Source: Lama glama
Lineage: Eukaryota
Assembly: GCA_028534125.1 (NCBI GenBank)
Contig: CM052817.1
Coordinates: 101,062,001 to 101,126,000 of the forward strand
Reading direction: 5' to 3'
DNA: 64,000 nt
Shown here: piece by piece, positions 1 through 11,429 of the stretch
Layout: the number at the start of each line of letters is the position of its first letter
Numbering within the stretch: the first letter of the stretch is position 1
Notes under the pieces: generated by a model
Seen by the model: the letters and a program-made list of their open reading frames with translations, nothing else
Told to the model about the DNA's origin: nothing
The model's database searches: none
Program-made: the position numbers and the translations under genes

Positions 1-774
1 AGTCAAAATGAGCGCATCACATTCCAGGGCAGCACACAATGCTGCTTGAGCAAAATGGGATGCTTCAGATTGTGGGAGCAAGGTGGAGGCGGGGTGCTAC
101 CCAAGTGTCAGACTGAAGACTGCCGCCTCTTCCCTGGAGGCAATTATGTGGACCTATATGGAGGTTTGGAACAGGTAAGTAACATGATGCCATCAGATTT
201 TAAAAGCACTGACCTGACAGCAGAGTCAGGAGAAGAGAAGAGAGGCAGAAGGAATGCTCAGGCAGTGGGAAGGCAGGAGTCCAGTTTAACTTGTCTAAGC
301 TGGAAAAGACGGAAAGTGGGGTTTTTAAGATGGTTGTGAGAAGCAAGTATGATGCCTGATACGTAGCAAAAAAAATCTTGGTTTCCCCTTCCTCTGATCG
401 GGGCTACTGTAGTGGCTGTGGACATAAAGCACAGATGGAAGAGATCTTACTTGGGAAAGAGCAACAATTGGCCATAATTAGATGTAAGGAATTTAAAACA
501 GAAAAAGAACCCAGAGGAAAGCTGGGATTTTGAATTTTAAAAATCAGGTCTTAAGAAAGGGGTGCGGGCAGGAAGAATACTAGTTTTGAGAGACAGCTGA
601 GTTGACTTTTTGACAATTAACTTGGACTTGAGCTTTGACAGGGGCAGTATGGATTCAAGAATGTCTGATATAGAGGTGAAGTTGGAAGTGGGTTTACCTT
701 GGAGCTCAAGTTCTCATGCCCCTCGCTTTTCCCAGATACTTCCAAGGACATATCGCTGATGTTGTGTTTGTAAG

Positions 775-917
775 ATTTGTTTTGTTTTTGTTTTTGTTTT
801 TTTGGGAGGGGTAATTAGGTTTTATTTAATTTTTTTTTTAAATTGAGGGACTGGAGATTGAACCCAGGACCTCCTGCATGATAAACACACACTCTACCAT
901 TGAGCTATACCCTCCCC
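775..917 (-). mobile_element. tRNA-derived SINE (camelid Vic-1-like)
   Basis: Minus strand reads GGGGAGGGTATAGCTCAATGGTAGAG...GGTTCAATCTCC (Pol III A/B boxes) plus an A-rich tail; 12-bp TSD TGTGTTTGTAAG at 763-774 and 918-929. Confidence 0.9.
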
Positions 918-989
918 TGTGTTTGTAAGTTTTTATTGTTTTTCTTTTAAAATCTCCCTCATGAGTTATATAAGCAAATTCTGGACCCC

Positions 990-1300
990 TCCAGGTTGAA
1001 GTCGGAAGGCAGTTCCCATGGGATAATGGGAAAGAAAGAGTTGGAAAGATTCAATCACTGTCCTCAAAGGAATAAGGGCCAGCAGAGGATGCTGGAGAGG
1101 CAGAAAGAAGCCGATGGCCAGGATGCTGTGGAAAGATCAAAGGGCCCAGGGGCTGAGGATGGGTCACTGGACTTGACCCTTCAAAAAAGTAACTGGTTTG
1201 AGAGTGCACACTCACTACCCGATGGGGAGGCCCAGGTTGGAGGGGGGCTGGAAGAGCAGGAAGTGTGCAGTGGGTATCGACTCCTCATCTGGCCAGGGTG
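990..1300 (+). mobile_element. L2-like fragment
   Basis: Purine-rich degenerate sequence (gatgctgtggaaagatcaaag...gaggatgggtcactggacttg). Confidence 0.35.
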
Positions 1301-1949
1301 ACAGAAAATGCGAGGGCGCCATTAGCTCCTCACTTTCCATGTTCTTTGATCTGACCTTTGCCTGTACGGTCACTATTCCTTTGGGGTCAATGTCAACTTC
1401 CCAAGCAGAGGGCCTTCTCTTTTATTACCCTTCCCACTTCGTGAGATTTTCTGTGGTCTAACTTGGATCTACTTCCTTCATGTTTTGTTTTAAGCCTGGT
1501 TCACGGCTAAGAAATGGGCTACTGATGGGCACGATTTTGTTTTTTGTTTTTTCATTTGTTTGCGGTTTTTACCCTAATCGCTTCTCTTTCTTCTATCCCT
1601 GTGGAGATTGGGAATTCTAACCTGGGAGTTCAGGGGCTGAGGACCAGGGTGGGGAGAGGGGAAGTCATCAGACACCAGAAGCTGGCAAAGCCCTGGTCTG
1701 TTATCTGGGATCACAGAGCCAAAGGTAGCTATGACTTCATCCCCGCAGAGGGCGCCTCCCTCCCCCTGCAGCTGACTTCCGACCAGCCGGTTTGCCTGGG
1801 ATAGGTTTTCTTTCATTACTCGTTTCTCACTGCCTAGCGTCACAAGTCACTTTGGAAAAAAAGATGCGATTAAACCATTCCCCCGTTTCCTCTTTTGAGG
1901 AGCCTTTCCCAGACAGCGTCTGTTCAAGCGATCAGGCCTATAGTGGACT

Positions 1950-2098
1950 TTTTCTTCTCTTTTCTCTCCTCTCCTCTCCTCTCCTCTCCTCTCCTCTCCT
2001 CTCCTCTCCTCTCCTCTCCTCTCCTCCTCTCCTCTCCTCTCCTCTTCTCCTCTCCTCTCCTCCTCTCCTTTCCTCTCCTCTTCTCTTCTCTCTCTCTT
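1950..2098. repeat. (CTCTC)n polypyrimidine microsatellite
   Basis: About 150 nt of almost pure C/T, mostly the pentamer ctctc. Confidence 0.97.
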
Positions 2099-2789
2099 TT
2101 GCTTAAATATAACTGAAAGGCTTCTGTTACCATCATCACTGAATCACTGAGGAAATTAAAAAGGAAAAAAATAACAGATTTACATTTGGCAGGTACCAGG
2201 GAGGAGCTGACCTTTGGGAAGCTCAAGTCCGACTGGGACTCGGCCATGCGGTTGGGGAGGTGGGGGCAGAGGGTGGCCCGGCCCGCGTTTGTGTATGCGC
2301 ACTCGGGGTTTGAGCGTGCATGAATGTGCGTGTGCGCACATGTGTGTGCGCGCGCGTGTGCGCAGGGGAGGGTGTCCGGGAGGCTGCCGCAAAGGCTCCT
2401 TTGTGGAAGGTACTTGTCGGTGAAGAGCCAGCTTGGCGCCTTCCCTTGCTGGTTCCACGAGGACACCTGGCCTTCGCGGTCCGTCCATCTCTGTCCCCTG
2501 CCTCCCCTACTTTCCTCAGTGGCGGGTCGTCCCGCCCCGCGCCAGGCTTCGGGTACCGGCAGCCGCTTGCCGGGTGGCGGCTTCCAGGTCCCCAGGGCCC
2601 CACGCAGGTGGAGGTGAGAGCCGCAGCGCCGACGTTGGTGCTCGAGGGTGGGAGAGAGGAAGGGCTGAGCAGAAAAGCGCGTGCTGCCCTTTGCAGCTGG
2701 CACTAGGAGCAGCCCCGTCTGCAGCATTGTTACCTGAAGCAGCGGCTGCGCCCCGCCCCGCGGCGCCCTGCCCCCTTGTGGTGCCGGGC

Positions 2790-2883
2790 ATCCCAGGCTG
2801 CAGTGACCCGGGAGGAGGTGGCGGCGCTGGGAGACTGCGGGCGGCGGGCAGAGAGGAGCGCGCACGGGGAGCGCCGGCTGCGG
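2790..2883 (+). other. FHDC1: Candidate non-coding first exon 1a (start approximate)
   Basis: Consensus donor CGG|GTGAGT at 2883/2884, downstream of a GC box at about 2750. Confidence 0.5.
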
Positions 2884-3909
2884 GTGAGTGTGAGCCGCGC
2901 GGCCCAGGCAGGGTCATCGCCGCTCGGGGGCACCGTGATACCGAGACGCCTCGGCTCTAGAGGGCCGGGGGCGAGGATCTTCCAGGACCCGGGCTGCGAC
3001 GCCGAGTGTCGGCTGCCTTTCAGCCTCACTGGGAAGGCTGGGGAGGGCTGAGCTCCTCCAACTTTGGCGGCTGCACTCTCCGGGCCGCAGAGGACAGCGA
3101 TCGGTCTCTTGAGGCGAAGACGCGCGGGTCGGGACGGAGAACGAGCTAGGTCGCAGGCCGCCTCCGTGTTAAACTTGGGCCGGCTGATTTAGCTTTGGCT
3201 GCCAGGACTTTTGGATAAACTGAGCCTCTACTTGATCCCCGCCCGTCCAAGAACGCGCTACTGGGGGTGCCACGCCGGGTCCCTGGCCAGCAGGGAGCCA
3301 CGACTTGACCCTCCTGGCAGTGGGTGCGGGGCTGGCCAGGACCGGGTCCGGGTGATGCAGACCGAGGACAAGGTGGCTCTCGCTCGGGCACGCTCGCTCT
3401 GGCTGTGCTAAGTTCAGGTTAGAAGTTGAGCCCTGCGCTTGTGGAAGTTTAGGGAAGGAAGCAGGTGGGCTGGCGGGTCACCTCCAGCCGCTGCGGTGCC
3501 CCAGCTCGGGGACAGCGAGCTCTCGGTTTAAGCCTACGACCAAACAGCAGGAGTCTCCCCTCTGTGTTCTCGCTGGCTCTTCCCTCTGGCTGATCCGCAC
3601 TGCGGCCGTGAGGCTGTCTCCCCCGCGCCCGGGACCCCGACCCCGAACCTTGGGAGGTGTCGCCGCGGAGGTTCGAGGAGGAGGAGGAACCCGCAAACCA
3701 GGAGACCCCCACTTTCGCTTCAAGCACAGTGGCACCTTCCCTGGTGAATCCCCCACTCCTCTTGGGGGAGCCTGGTACGGCCCCACCCCCCACGGAGGGG
3801 GCGGGCCCCGGGGATCGGCGAGGGAGGAGGCGGGGCTCTAAGGCGGGGGCCCTCGGGGCGAGGGGCGGGGCCAGCGACCTCCGCGGGGGCCGGGGTGGGG
3901 CGAGCTGGT

Positions 3910-4265
3910 GCGGCGGACTCACCAGTCGCTTCTGCTCGAAGACGCGGGCACGCTCGGCGCTCCCGGGAGGCGGAGGGTCCGACTGTGCGCCGCCGTGGGC
4001 CAGCGTGTCCCCGCGAGGCGGGCTGCGGCCTCTCCCCCGTGCTCGCCCCGGCCCCACCGCAGAGCCTGCGCGGTGCGTGTGGGCGTCTACCTGGGCCGCG
4101 CACCGCGGCCGCAGTCCAGATAAGGACGTGCTAAGGCTGGCACGGGCCGCGGGGACCGCCACTCGCGTCCCTCTGCTGCCACCGCATGCGGACCGAGGCT
4201 CCCCGGGGATTCGGCGGGCGCGGTGCCCTCAGAACCTTTTGTGCGGCCGAGCCGGTGGCGCTTTG
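3910..4265 (+). other. FHDC1: Candidate non-coding first exon 1b (start approximate)
   Basis: Consensus donor TTG|GTAAGT at 4265/4266, downstream of the GC-box cluster at 3795-3900. Confidence 0.5.
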
Positions 4266-6904
4266 GTAAGTGGCTGGTGCGGAACGGGAACCAGGGGTTG
4301 GGGGCAGGAGGACGCAGTGGCCCGCTCGCCAGTGCAGAGCCCTAGGAAACTGCTGGGCGTCCAGACTTTGTGAAGGAGATCATGCTCCCGGCGTCCCCCA
4401 CGCCGAGTTTCTTCAGGACCTAGGAGTCCGTTTTCAAACGTCTGTTAGCACAGAGACCGCCCCTAGTGTTCCGCCGTCTGTGACCCCCTCCACGGACCCA
4501 CTGTTGTTTTCCTGGAATGAGAAGCGAGCGCTTCCTTCCCTCTCTCTAGAGCATCCTTTGGCGCTCGTTTGCACCCCCCCCCCGGGTTTGGGGATACTGA
4601 AAGAAACTGAAAATGCACGTTCAGAAACGGGCGTTCTTCCTCTGCTCACAGGGAGTTGCACTCGCTCAGGGGCGTCTGTGAACTGTTTATGTTGTGCTGC
4701 AGATTAAACGCGCTGACTGGAAACAGGCTTGGGTTCTTTCACTGCCGGCAGGAGTGCCATGGTGAGGAGTTGGATATTGTCAGCTCTAGTGCGACTGTGT
4801 GGTTGACATTCTGTGTTTGAAAATCAGGAAAGGTTTTGAAAATAGGCGGTGGGGGAGGAGCCTGTTCCCAATGAGTTGGTGGAGAGCAGAAATTCCATAT
4901 TTTCGAATCGCCTGTCTTTTCTTTCCCCACCTTCCCTTCTCCCTCAAATAGAATAGGGCCATGTGATCCTCCTGTCTCTTCTCTCCACACCCGGCTTCCT
5001 CTGCCCCCGTTTGTCAGCAGAAGGGTGTGGGCCAGCCGTTCCTGCTCCCACCTCATCTGTGACACACGTCAGGAATCAAGGGGAAAGGTTTTTCTGGCAG
5101 GTTTTCCTTGGCGTTTACTTTTGATTATTGTTGACCTAGGGGGTGGGTGACCAGCTGAGCAACAAGGCCCCACTAACCTTCTTTCAGGAAAGATCTCAGC
5201 TCTGAACAGTCTTTCAGGAATGTGTTTTCCTCCTAAATACACAGTGAAATGAAGCATGCATTCTCTTTTCTTCCTTCCCACCCACTCCCTTCAAGAGAAT
5301 GGAGCTTCAGCAATGTTTCAGACACTAAGAGCAGAGTAATGCTGGCTAATTTAGACAGGAGAGTTTAGGAGGGGCCAGAGGGCTTCTTTGACAACCCTTA
5401 TAAACATTCTCACTCTAAGATTTTTGCTAGCTGATCAGCTAAACGCTGGGGACATGGTCACAGCATCCCCTTATTAAAAGTTGTTCACGTAGTTGCCAGA
5501 TGCTCAGCTGAGCTACAGCCTTCCCCGCCCCCAGGAAGGTCCTTCACTCAGACTCATCTCTGATGGGTTATGATTAGCACCTAGAGCACGAAGAGGAAGT
5601 TCCCATCTTTGACGACTTGTGGCAGCTCTACAATTTACTCCAAGGCCAGGCATTTGTCAACCTTAGCACCCATCCTCCTTGCCGCTGAGGTCCCCAACCT
5701 GTAGGTGAGATGTTAAATACTAGCCTGTCTCCTTTTGCCCTGGGGAGATTGATGGGACCCTTGACATTTTGCAGATAGAGCCTAAGGCTAATTCCATTGT
5801 CCTTGCCGGCAGCTGCCCGCGGTGAGAAACAGCCATCTCTAGGGCTGCTGCATCACCTGTATTCTCCCAGCAGACTCGGGGAGTTTGCATCTTTATTGTG
5901 GACAGTACCATAGTAAATCAAATGCTCTTTGTGTATCCCCTGTTTTAATATCTCGTGAGACTGGAAAAGGTTAGAAGGTCTGTCTGTACTCTCTTTTTCT
6001 TGCCATCTCTTTGACATTGGAAATCCTGGCCCAAGGGGGAAGCCCTGTCAAAGCCCTATTGAGGCTTGTAGTAAAAGCATTAGCATCTTAGCTAATCATT
6101 GCTGGAGAACTTATTCATTAGAATCTGTGGGGGGCCTAGGATTCTTGTATGTTACCCTGGGAAAAAAAATTAGCCAGACAACATACCAGGAACAATGTTG
6201 TAAATTTTCTTTTGTTCCTTTAACTTTCTAAAATAACATTCTTTCTCAAGATGGGGCAGTGGTTAGAATCCTGCAGATGCACAGCTAACGCGTGTCATTG
6301 TTTCCTTTGACAAGCTTTAACCTGGTACTTCCTCTGTGAAACAGACTATACTCAAAAGGACTTACTTGCTTTGGGGCTCTGGTGTTAGAAGGTGGTGTTG
6401 TTGCAGGACCTCCAAGGGGATAGACTTTCTCACCCTTTGTTAGCGTCTCTGCATTTGTTATGTGAGAGTTAACGGCCCAGCTGTGTCATTAAACTTACAC
6501 AGCACTGAATGAGTTATTGCCTTCCAAAATGGAGACTTTTTTAGCTTATCACCATTCTTAACAGGGATAATCTATAAACAAGTCAGCATATCTGGAATTG
6601 GAGGTGAATTGGAGGATTAGCAATTCTTCTATACATGAGATGTTTTATGTACAGAAATATTTTAAAATATGTAAGGATAAACTGCCAAGACTACCTGTAC
6701 AGTCTTGAGAAAAGAAGAGTTCAAATATAACTATAAACTGTAATTGACAGTGAGTCATTTGCGTTAGGGGTGCCAACTATGAAAACAGCCTAGTTATGCT
6801 CCTAATGATAATTATGAAAACTCCTTTTAAAAGCTGGTTGCATCTAAAGTGAGCTGTAAGTTGGCTTGAGTAAATATTTTCAGTTTTACTTTCTAAAATA
6901 CTAT

Positions 6905-6990
6905 CCCATGGTGATAACAGCACAACATGGTGAATGTGCTTAATGCCACTGATGTACACATAAAAATGGTTAAAATGGTAAAAATAAAAC
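6905..6990 (+). mobile_element. Small L1 3' end fragment
   Basis: atggtgataacagcacaacatggtgaatgtgcttaatgccactga...aaaatggttaaaatggtaaa. Confidence 0.65.
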
Positions 6991-7329
6991 AAGTTATCCA
7001 GTTAACAGTAATCATAATACTAAGTATCCAGTTGATTGGAAATGCTGTTTTCTCTCTATATATAATTTTCAGAACTTAAGTATTTATGTTTCATGAAAAC
7101 ATTTGTTCTTGTAATATAGAGATAATTTAATATACAATGTTAAATGTTGAAATAGGACAAAACTCACAAACCTGGTGACTTAGAAAGCAGAGAGTGGAAA
7201 TATTAAAGGTGTGTTTCTAGTAGCCAGGGGGACTTAGCGTTTTCTCTATAAACCCAATACATATTTTAAAGCAAATGTAGTGTCCGTGAAAATAAAGAGA
7301 AATCATTTGCACATATGATACCAGTTGTT

Positions 7330-7560
7330 AATGATGGCTAACCACGCACCAGGTGTCTTGGTAAGGGCTGTATGTGTACCAGCTCATTTATTCTTATACA
7401 AACCGATGAGATGGTATGTCCTTATGTCACAGATGCAGATGCTGAGATGAAGGTTAAAAAGCCTACCTCCCCTCAGGTTGCACATCTAGAGAAGTAGCAG
7501 AATGGATCTGAGGAAAAGCAGCCTCTTTTTTGGAGTCTCTACTCTCATTCCCAAGGCAAT
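7330..7560 (-). mobile_element. MIR SINE fragment
   Basis: Degenerate MIR core (cacagatgcagatgctgagatgaaggttaa). Confidence 0.5.
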
Positions 7561-8955
7561 TAGTGATATCAGACCATTTACTCCTGTAGAATCCTGTACT
7601 GCTTGATGAATGTGTGTACGTGTGAGCTTTGAACAATAATGCTGTAAAGGGATAATTACCCTCAGAAATCCAGTCTAAAAAACCCCTCCCTGTGACCCTT
7701 AATGACCTGGAGGACAAGTCCCCACGGAGTCGGGGTGCTCACTCCACAGCCTGCACGGGGTCCTGTCTTCTCTGTCCCCACTTGCCTGCCCTCAGATCAG
7801 ATCTGAAGAAATGCAGTTGTTTTGCCCCTGTTTTCACATCAGGTCCGCAGGAACCCAACTACCAAAACCAAACATTTAAAAGTGAATAAAAACACAAGCC
7901 ACCAGGATAAGTCAGCGACTGAGTGGGTGAGGGCAGACGTGTGGCAGGGTGATTCGGGCAGCATACCCTCGTGTGCCTGTGCCTTCTCCACTAGTAGTGC
8001 CACCAAAGAAGCAGAAGAGGCAGTGAGAAGTTCTGATGGTCTCCAGAGAGTGACTTAACTAGAAATCCAAAATGATCGTGTTGGAAGCCATGGTGGAGGT
8101 CAGTCCCAACCTCCTAATTTTACAAATGAGAAAGCCGGTCTAGTGAGGTGAAGGGGCTTCTCTAAAACTGTGAGCAGTAAAGCTTGATTTAGAGTCGTAA
8201 CCTTCTGCCTTCATGCCTGCTGTTCTCTTCTCTGTTTGCCGGGAAGTGGCGTGGCATCCTCAAGTGTGGGGGGACCCCAGGTGGCCCTGACCCCAGCGGA
8301 GTGGGTTTGGCCGTGACTTTATCGTCCCCAAATGCCCTGCCTATTATGTGCAAGGTGGAGGATGCCCTTTGACTCACTGATTTGTAGGGGACATGTCCGA
8401 ACTGGAGAAAGGCAGAGTCACTAACGCCTTAGCCATTTGGGTAATTTCCCTAGGGGTTGGTGGCAGGGGGCGGTCCACTGCCCAGAGAAAATGAGCCAGT
8501 TAGTGAACAAGTAGCTTATTCATTAAGTGAGCAATACTTGCTGAACCTATTGCAGGTTCTCAATATATATGTGTTTTATTGATGAATGGAAGGTTTCCAA
8601 GTTGGATTTATTGCTGCTGCTCTGGCAGCATTTCCAGGTAGTAAAATCTGGTTCACGTTTAGAGCAGTATCAGTCCCTTTGAAAGCTCTCGTGGATGTGT
8701 GGCCCCTCATTGAGTTTAAGCTCCAGCTGCTCTGGGGGGACTGGCACTGGCCTCGGAAGGGAAGAGCTAGGATTGCAATGTTTTCCTGCACTGTTTTTAA
8801 CGCTGTTTTCTCTTTGTAGGTTTTGAAGATGACACACCACTCAGTTGCTTTTCCTCTGGCGGCAGACTAGCGGGTGGCAGAGTATGACACAAGTTTGATG
8901 TTTGTGTCTGCTTCCCCAAGGTCAAGAAATTATCTCCTTAGAAGGCAACAGTACT

Positions 8956-9444
8956 ATGCATGTTATGAATTGTGTCTCCTTGGTCGGTGATAAAGAAAAT
9001 GGGACTCTTGCCCCGGCAGCTGGATTCATGATCGGGCAAACACCACCACCACCCCCTCCGCCTCCACCCCCTCCGCCTCCACCATGTCCGTTCTTGGGGG
9101 AAGGGTTTCCTCCCTCTCCTCCTCCTCCTCCTCCCCCTCCACTGCCTGGGGGGCCTCCGGTCCCCCCTCCCCCCCCAGGACTACCCCCCACTTCTCACCT
9201 GAATGGCTTCAGCCACCTTGGTAAGAAAAAACGGATGAGAAGTTTTTTTTGGAAAACCATCCCAGAGGAGCAAGTTCGTGGCAAAACCAACATCTGGACC
9301 CTGGCAGCCAGGCAGCAGCATCACTACCAAATCGATACAAAGACCATTGAGGAGTTATTTGGGCAGCAAGAAGATACCACCAAGTCTCCCCTTTCTAAGA
9401 GAGGCGGGACTTCAAATGCATCCTTCAGGGAGGCGAGAGAAGAG
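8956..9444 (+). CDS. FHDC1: FHDC1 coding exon 1 (exon starts at 8820): start codon, FH1 polyproline, FH2 lasso
   Basis: Acceptor tctttgtag|G at 8819/8820; ATG at 8956 (MHVMNCVSLVGDKENG); PPPP runs; KKKRMRSFFWKTIPEEQV; donor GAG|gtaaga; 489 nt, phase 0. Confidence 0.96.
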
Positions 9445-11271
9445 GTAAGAATGGACCGCAGAGGGATAAGCCTCTGGGGGCTGCATGGTTTTGTGTTTGG
9501 GGATGTGTCTACGTTTCCAAACCTGCTAAAATCACTAAGAAAGAAGACAGTGCAAGTGAATGTGCTCTGGAAGTGGTAGAAAGGGCTTTCTATGATGAGG
9601 TCGCGCTGAGTAGCCAAAAAGTGTAAGGCTGCATCCTCCCAGACATCCCGGAGGATTATGACCTCATGCGGAGAGCATGCTATCTGGGGGCCTCGCTCTC
9701 CGGCCTCCCAGCACCGCCCTGCCTCCAGCACATCTGCTGTTCCCCGTGGCGGAGCAGTTCTGCTGAAGTCCAGCATTATCAGTCTCCACTGAAACAAAAA
9801 ATTGGGTTTCTGAACTCCATTATCTGAGATTAACTAGAGCTTCCAGAGACAAAATGTCCTTTATTAAATAACATCATTAAATAATGCACATCCTTAGACT
9901 TTTCTCTTGATTTTTCCCTCCAGTTTTCCTTCCACAAGTGTTTGGAGGTGTGGCCTTCATTCTTCAGATCTCTGAATTAAATTTTGGCCTGTGTGGAGCA
10001 GAGGTTTCCAGAGGGCCAAAGCATAAAGCTGTTTTCAGATAGACTTTCTAGGAAGCACATCTCCAATTAACGCTAAATGTGTTACTTTGAAGAAAATATA
10101 AAGCTTGCGAATTGTAAGCAGTTAGATGAAAGTGTGGCCTCAGAGCGACAGGTCACCATACATGATAGAAACTGAGTCAAAAATTGCATTTTTTAAGTAC
10201 TCTCTGTTTAGAAACATGCAAGTAAATTAAGAAACCTCTACTTGCTAGAAGAGATCATTGGGAAACCAGGGGTTAAAAAAAAAGAATTCTGCCCACTTAA
10301 AAAAAAGCATCACTTTTTTAATCTATTGTAAAGGAGCAGAGAAACTAGGTCAAAGATGAAGCTGTGTAGATAAGAGAGCGGGCAGGGCTCTGGAGTGAAG
10401 TAGCAGCCTTCTGCATTATTGAGTTCTGGAGCTGACAGTATTGACCTCTTTTCCCTGTTTGGCTCAGGAACGTGTTAACATCTGTCTGTGAATTCACCTG
10501 GGGGCCCTTGGACCTGGCGGTGTGGTCCCCTGTTGAAACAGCCAGGAGTCTATTTATGATGAAGCGCAGAGAACCCTCAGACTAGAAGCAGGTGTAAGGT
10601 GTGTGGTGCTTTGAGAGGCAGTCTTCAGGACATCCTTCGTGCCCTGCTGTGCTGAACAAGGCTTTCCCTGCGCTTGCCTTTATGCAAAGACCTTTGGCTT
10701 CTTAGCACATCCTTTCAATATTGGAAGGAGCCAGAAGTCACTTCCTGAGTACCCTGGCCTCTGCCCCAGCTTCCAGCAGAGGCTCCCAGCTGTACAGGAG
10801 GCCGTTTCTCACCATTGTCGCCCAGCTCTGCTTACTGGCCTTCAAGCACTTTGAAGGGAAGAGTGGATGGACACATGGAAGCAGAGCACGTGTCTCAGGA
10901 AAGCCCCGTAACAGACAGAAGGGGGTCTGGCTCCCCCGGCTCCGGGGGGTGCGGGGCGGGGGCAGCTGGCCAGATTAGAGTGGGCAGTGTCCTTTGTCAA
11001 CTGGGACATTTATTTTGCCAGTGATAGTTAAAGGGGCTATGTGGAGCTTGCTGCTTTGTGCTCGTGACTTCCAGAGAGGTTAAGAGCCACTCAGAGAGGA
11101 AGTAGCAGGAAGAGTGGCATCTTTTCCCGACAGAAATGTCCATCTCTAGGCCAGATCGAAAATTCAGGAAGGAAGAGCCTTTGTCCCCGCCTCCCTCCAC
11201 CCCTATGCCCTAGGCACATCTCTGCTTTTTTTTTTTTCTCTTTAACTTAAAAAAAGACCTGAAGTTGAATA

Positions 11272-11424
11272 TTTAAAAAAAAATTTTAATGTATTTATTT
11301 TTATTTGGGGGGGAGGAAATTCGGTTTATTTATTCATTTATTTTAATGGAGGCACTGGGTATTGAACCCAGGACCTCTTGCATGCTAAGCACACACTCTA
11401 CCATTGAGCTATACCCTCCCCACC
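11272..11424 (-). mobile_element. tRNA-derived SINE (Vic-1-like)
   Basis: Same A/B-box head and AT-rich tail; short TSD TTGAATA. Confidence 0.88.
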
Positions 11425-11429
11425 TTGAA

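Larger units (their letters stand above)
2230..4480. promoter_or_regulatory. CpG island / FHDC1 promoter
   Basis: Very high GC and CpG density over about 2.2 kb; multiple GC boxes (GGGGCGGGG/CCCGCCCC at about 2531, 2750, 3798, 3863). Confidence 0.9.

Noticed and set aside
1924..2865. 313-aa minus-strand ORF and other long ORFs across the CpG island
   Set aside because: Explained by stop-codon scarcity in GC-rich DNA and the (GAGAG)n repeat; low-complexity translations with no recognisable domain.
3449..4373. 237-aa and 238-aa overlapping ORFs on opposite strands
   Set aside because: CpG-island artefacts rich in Arg/Gly/Pro/Ala; no domain or splice support.
8902..8955. ORF-track start at 8902 as the FHDC1 start
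   Set aside because: It is a TTG start; the first in-frame ATG after the stop at 8896 is 8956, matching the recognisable FHDC1 N-terminus MHVMNC.
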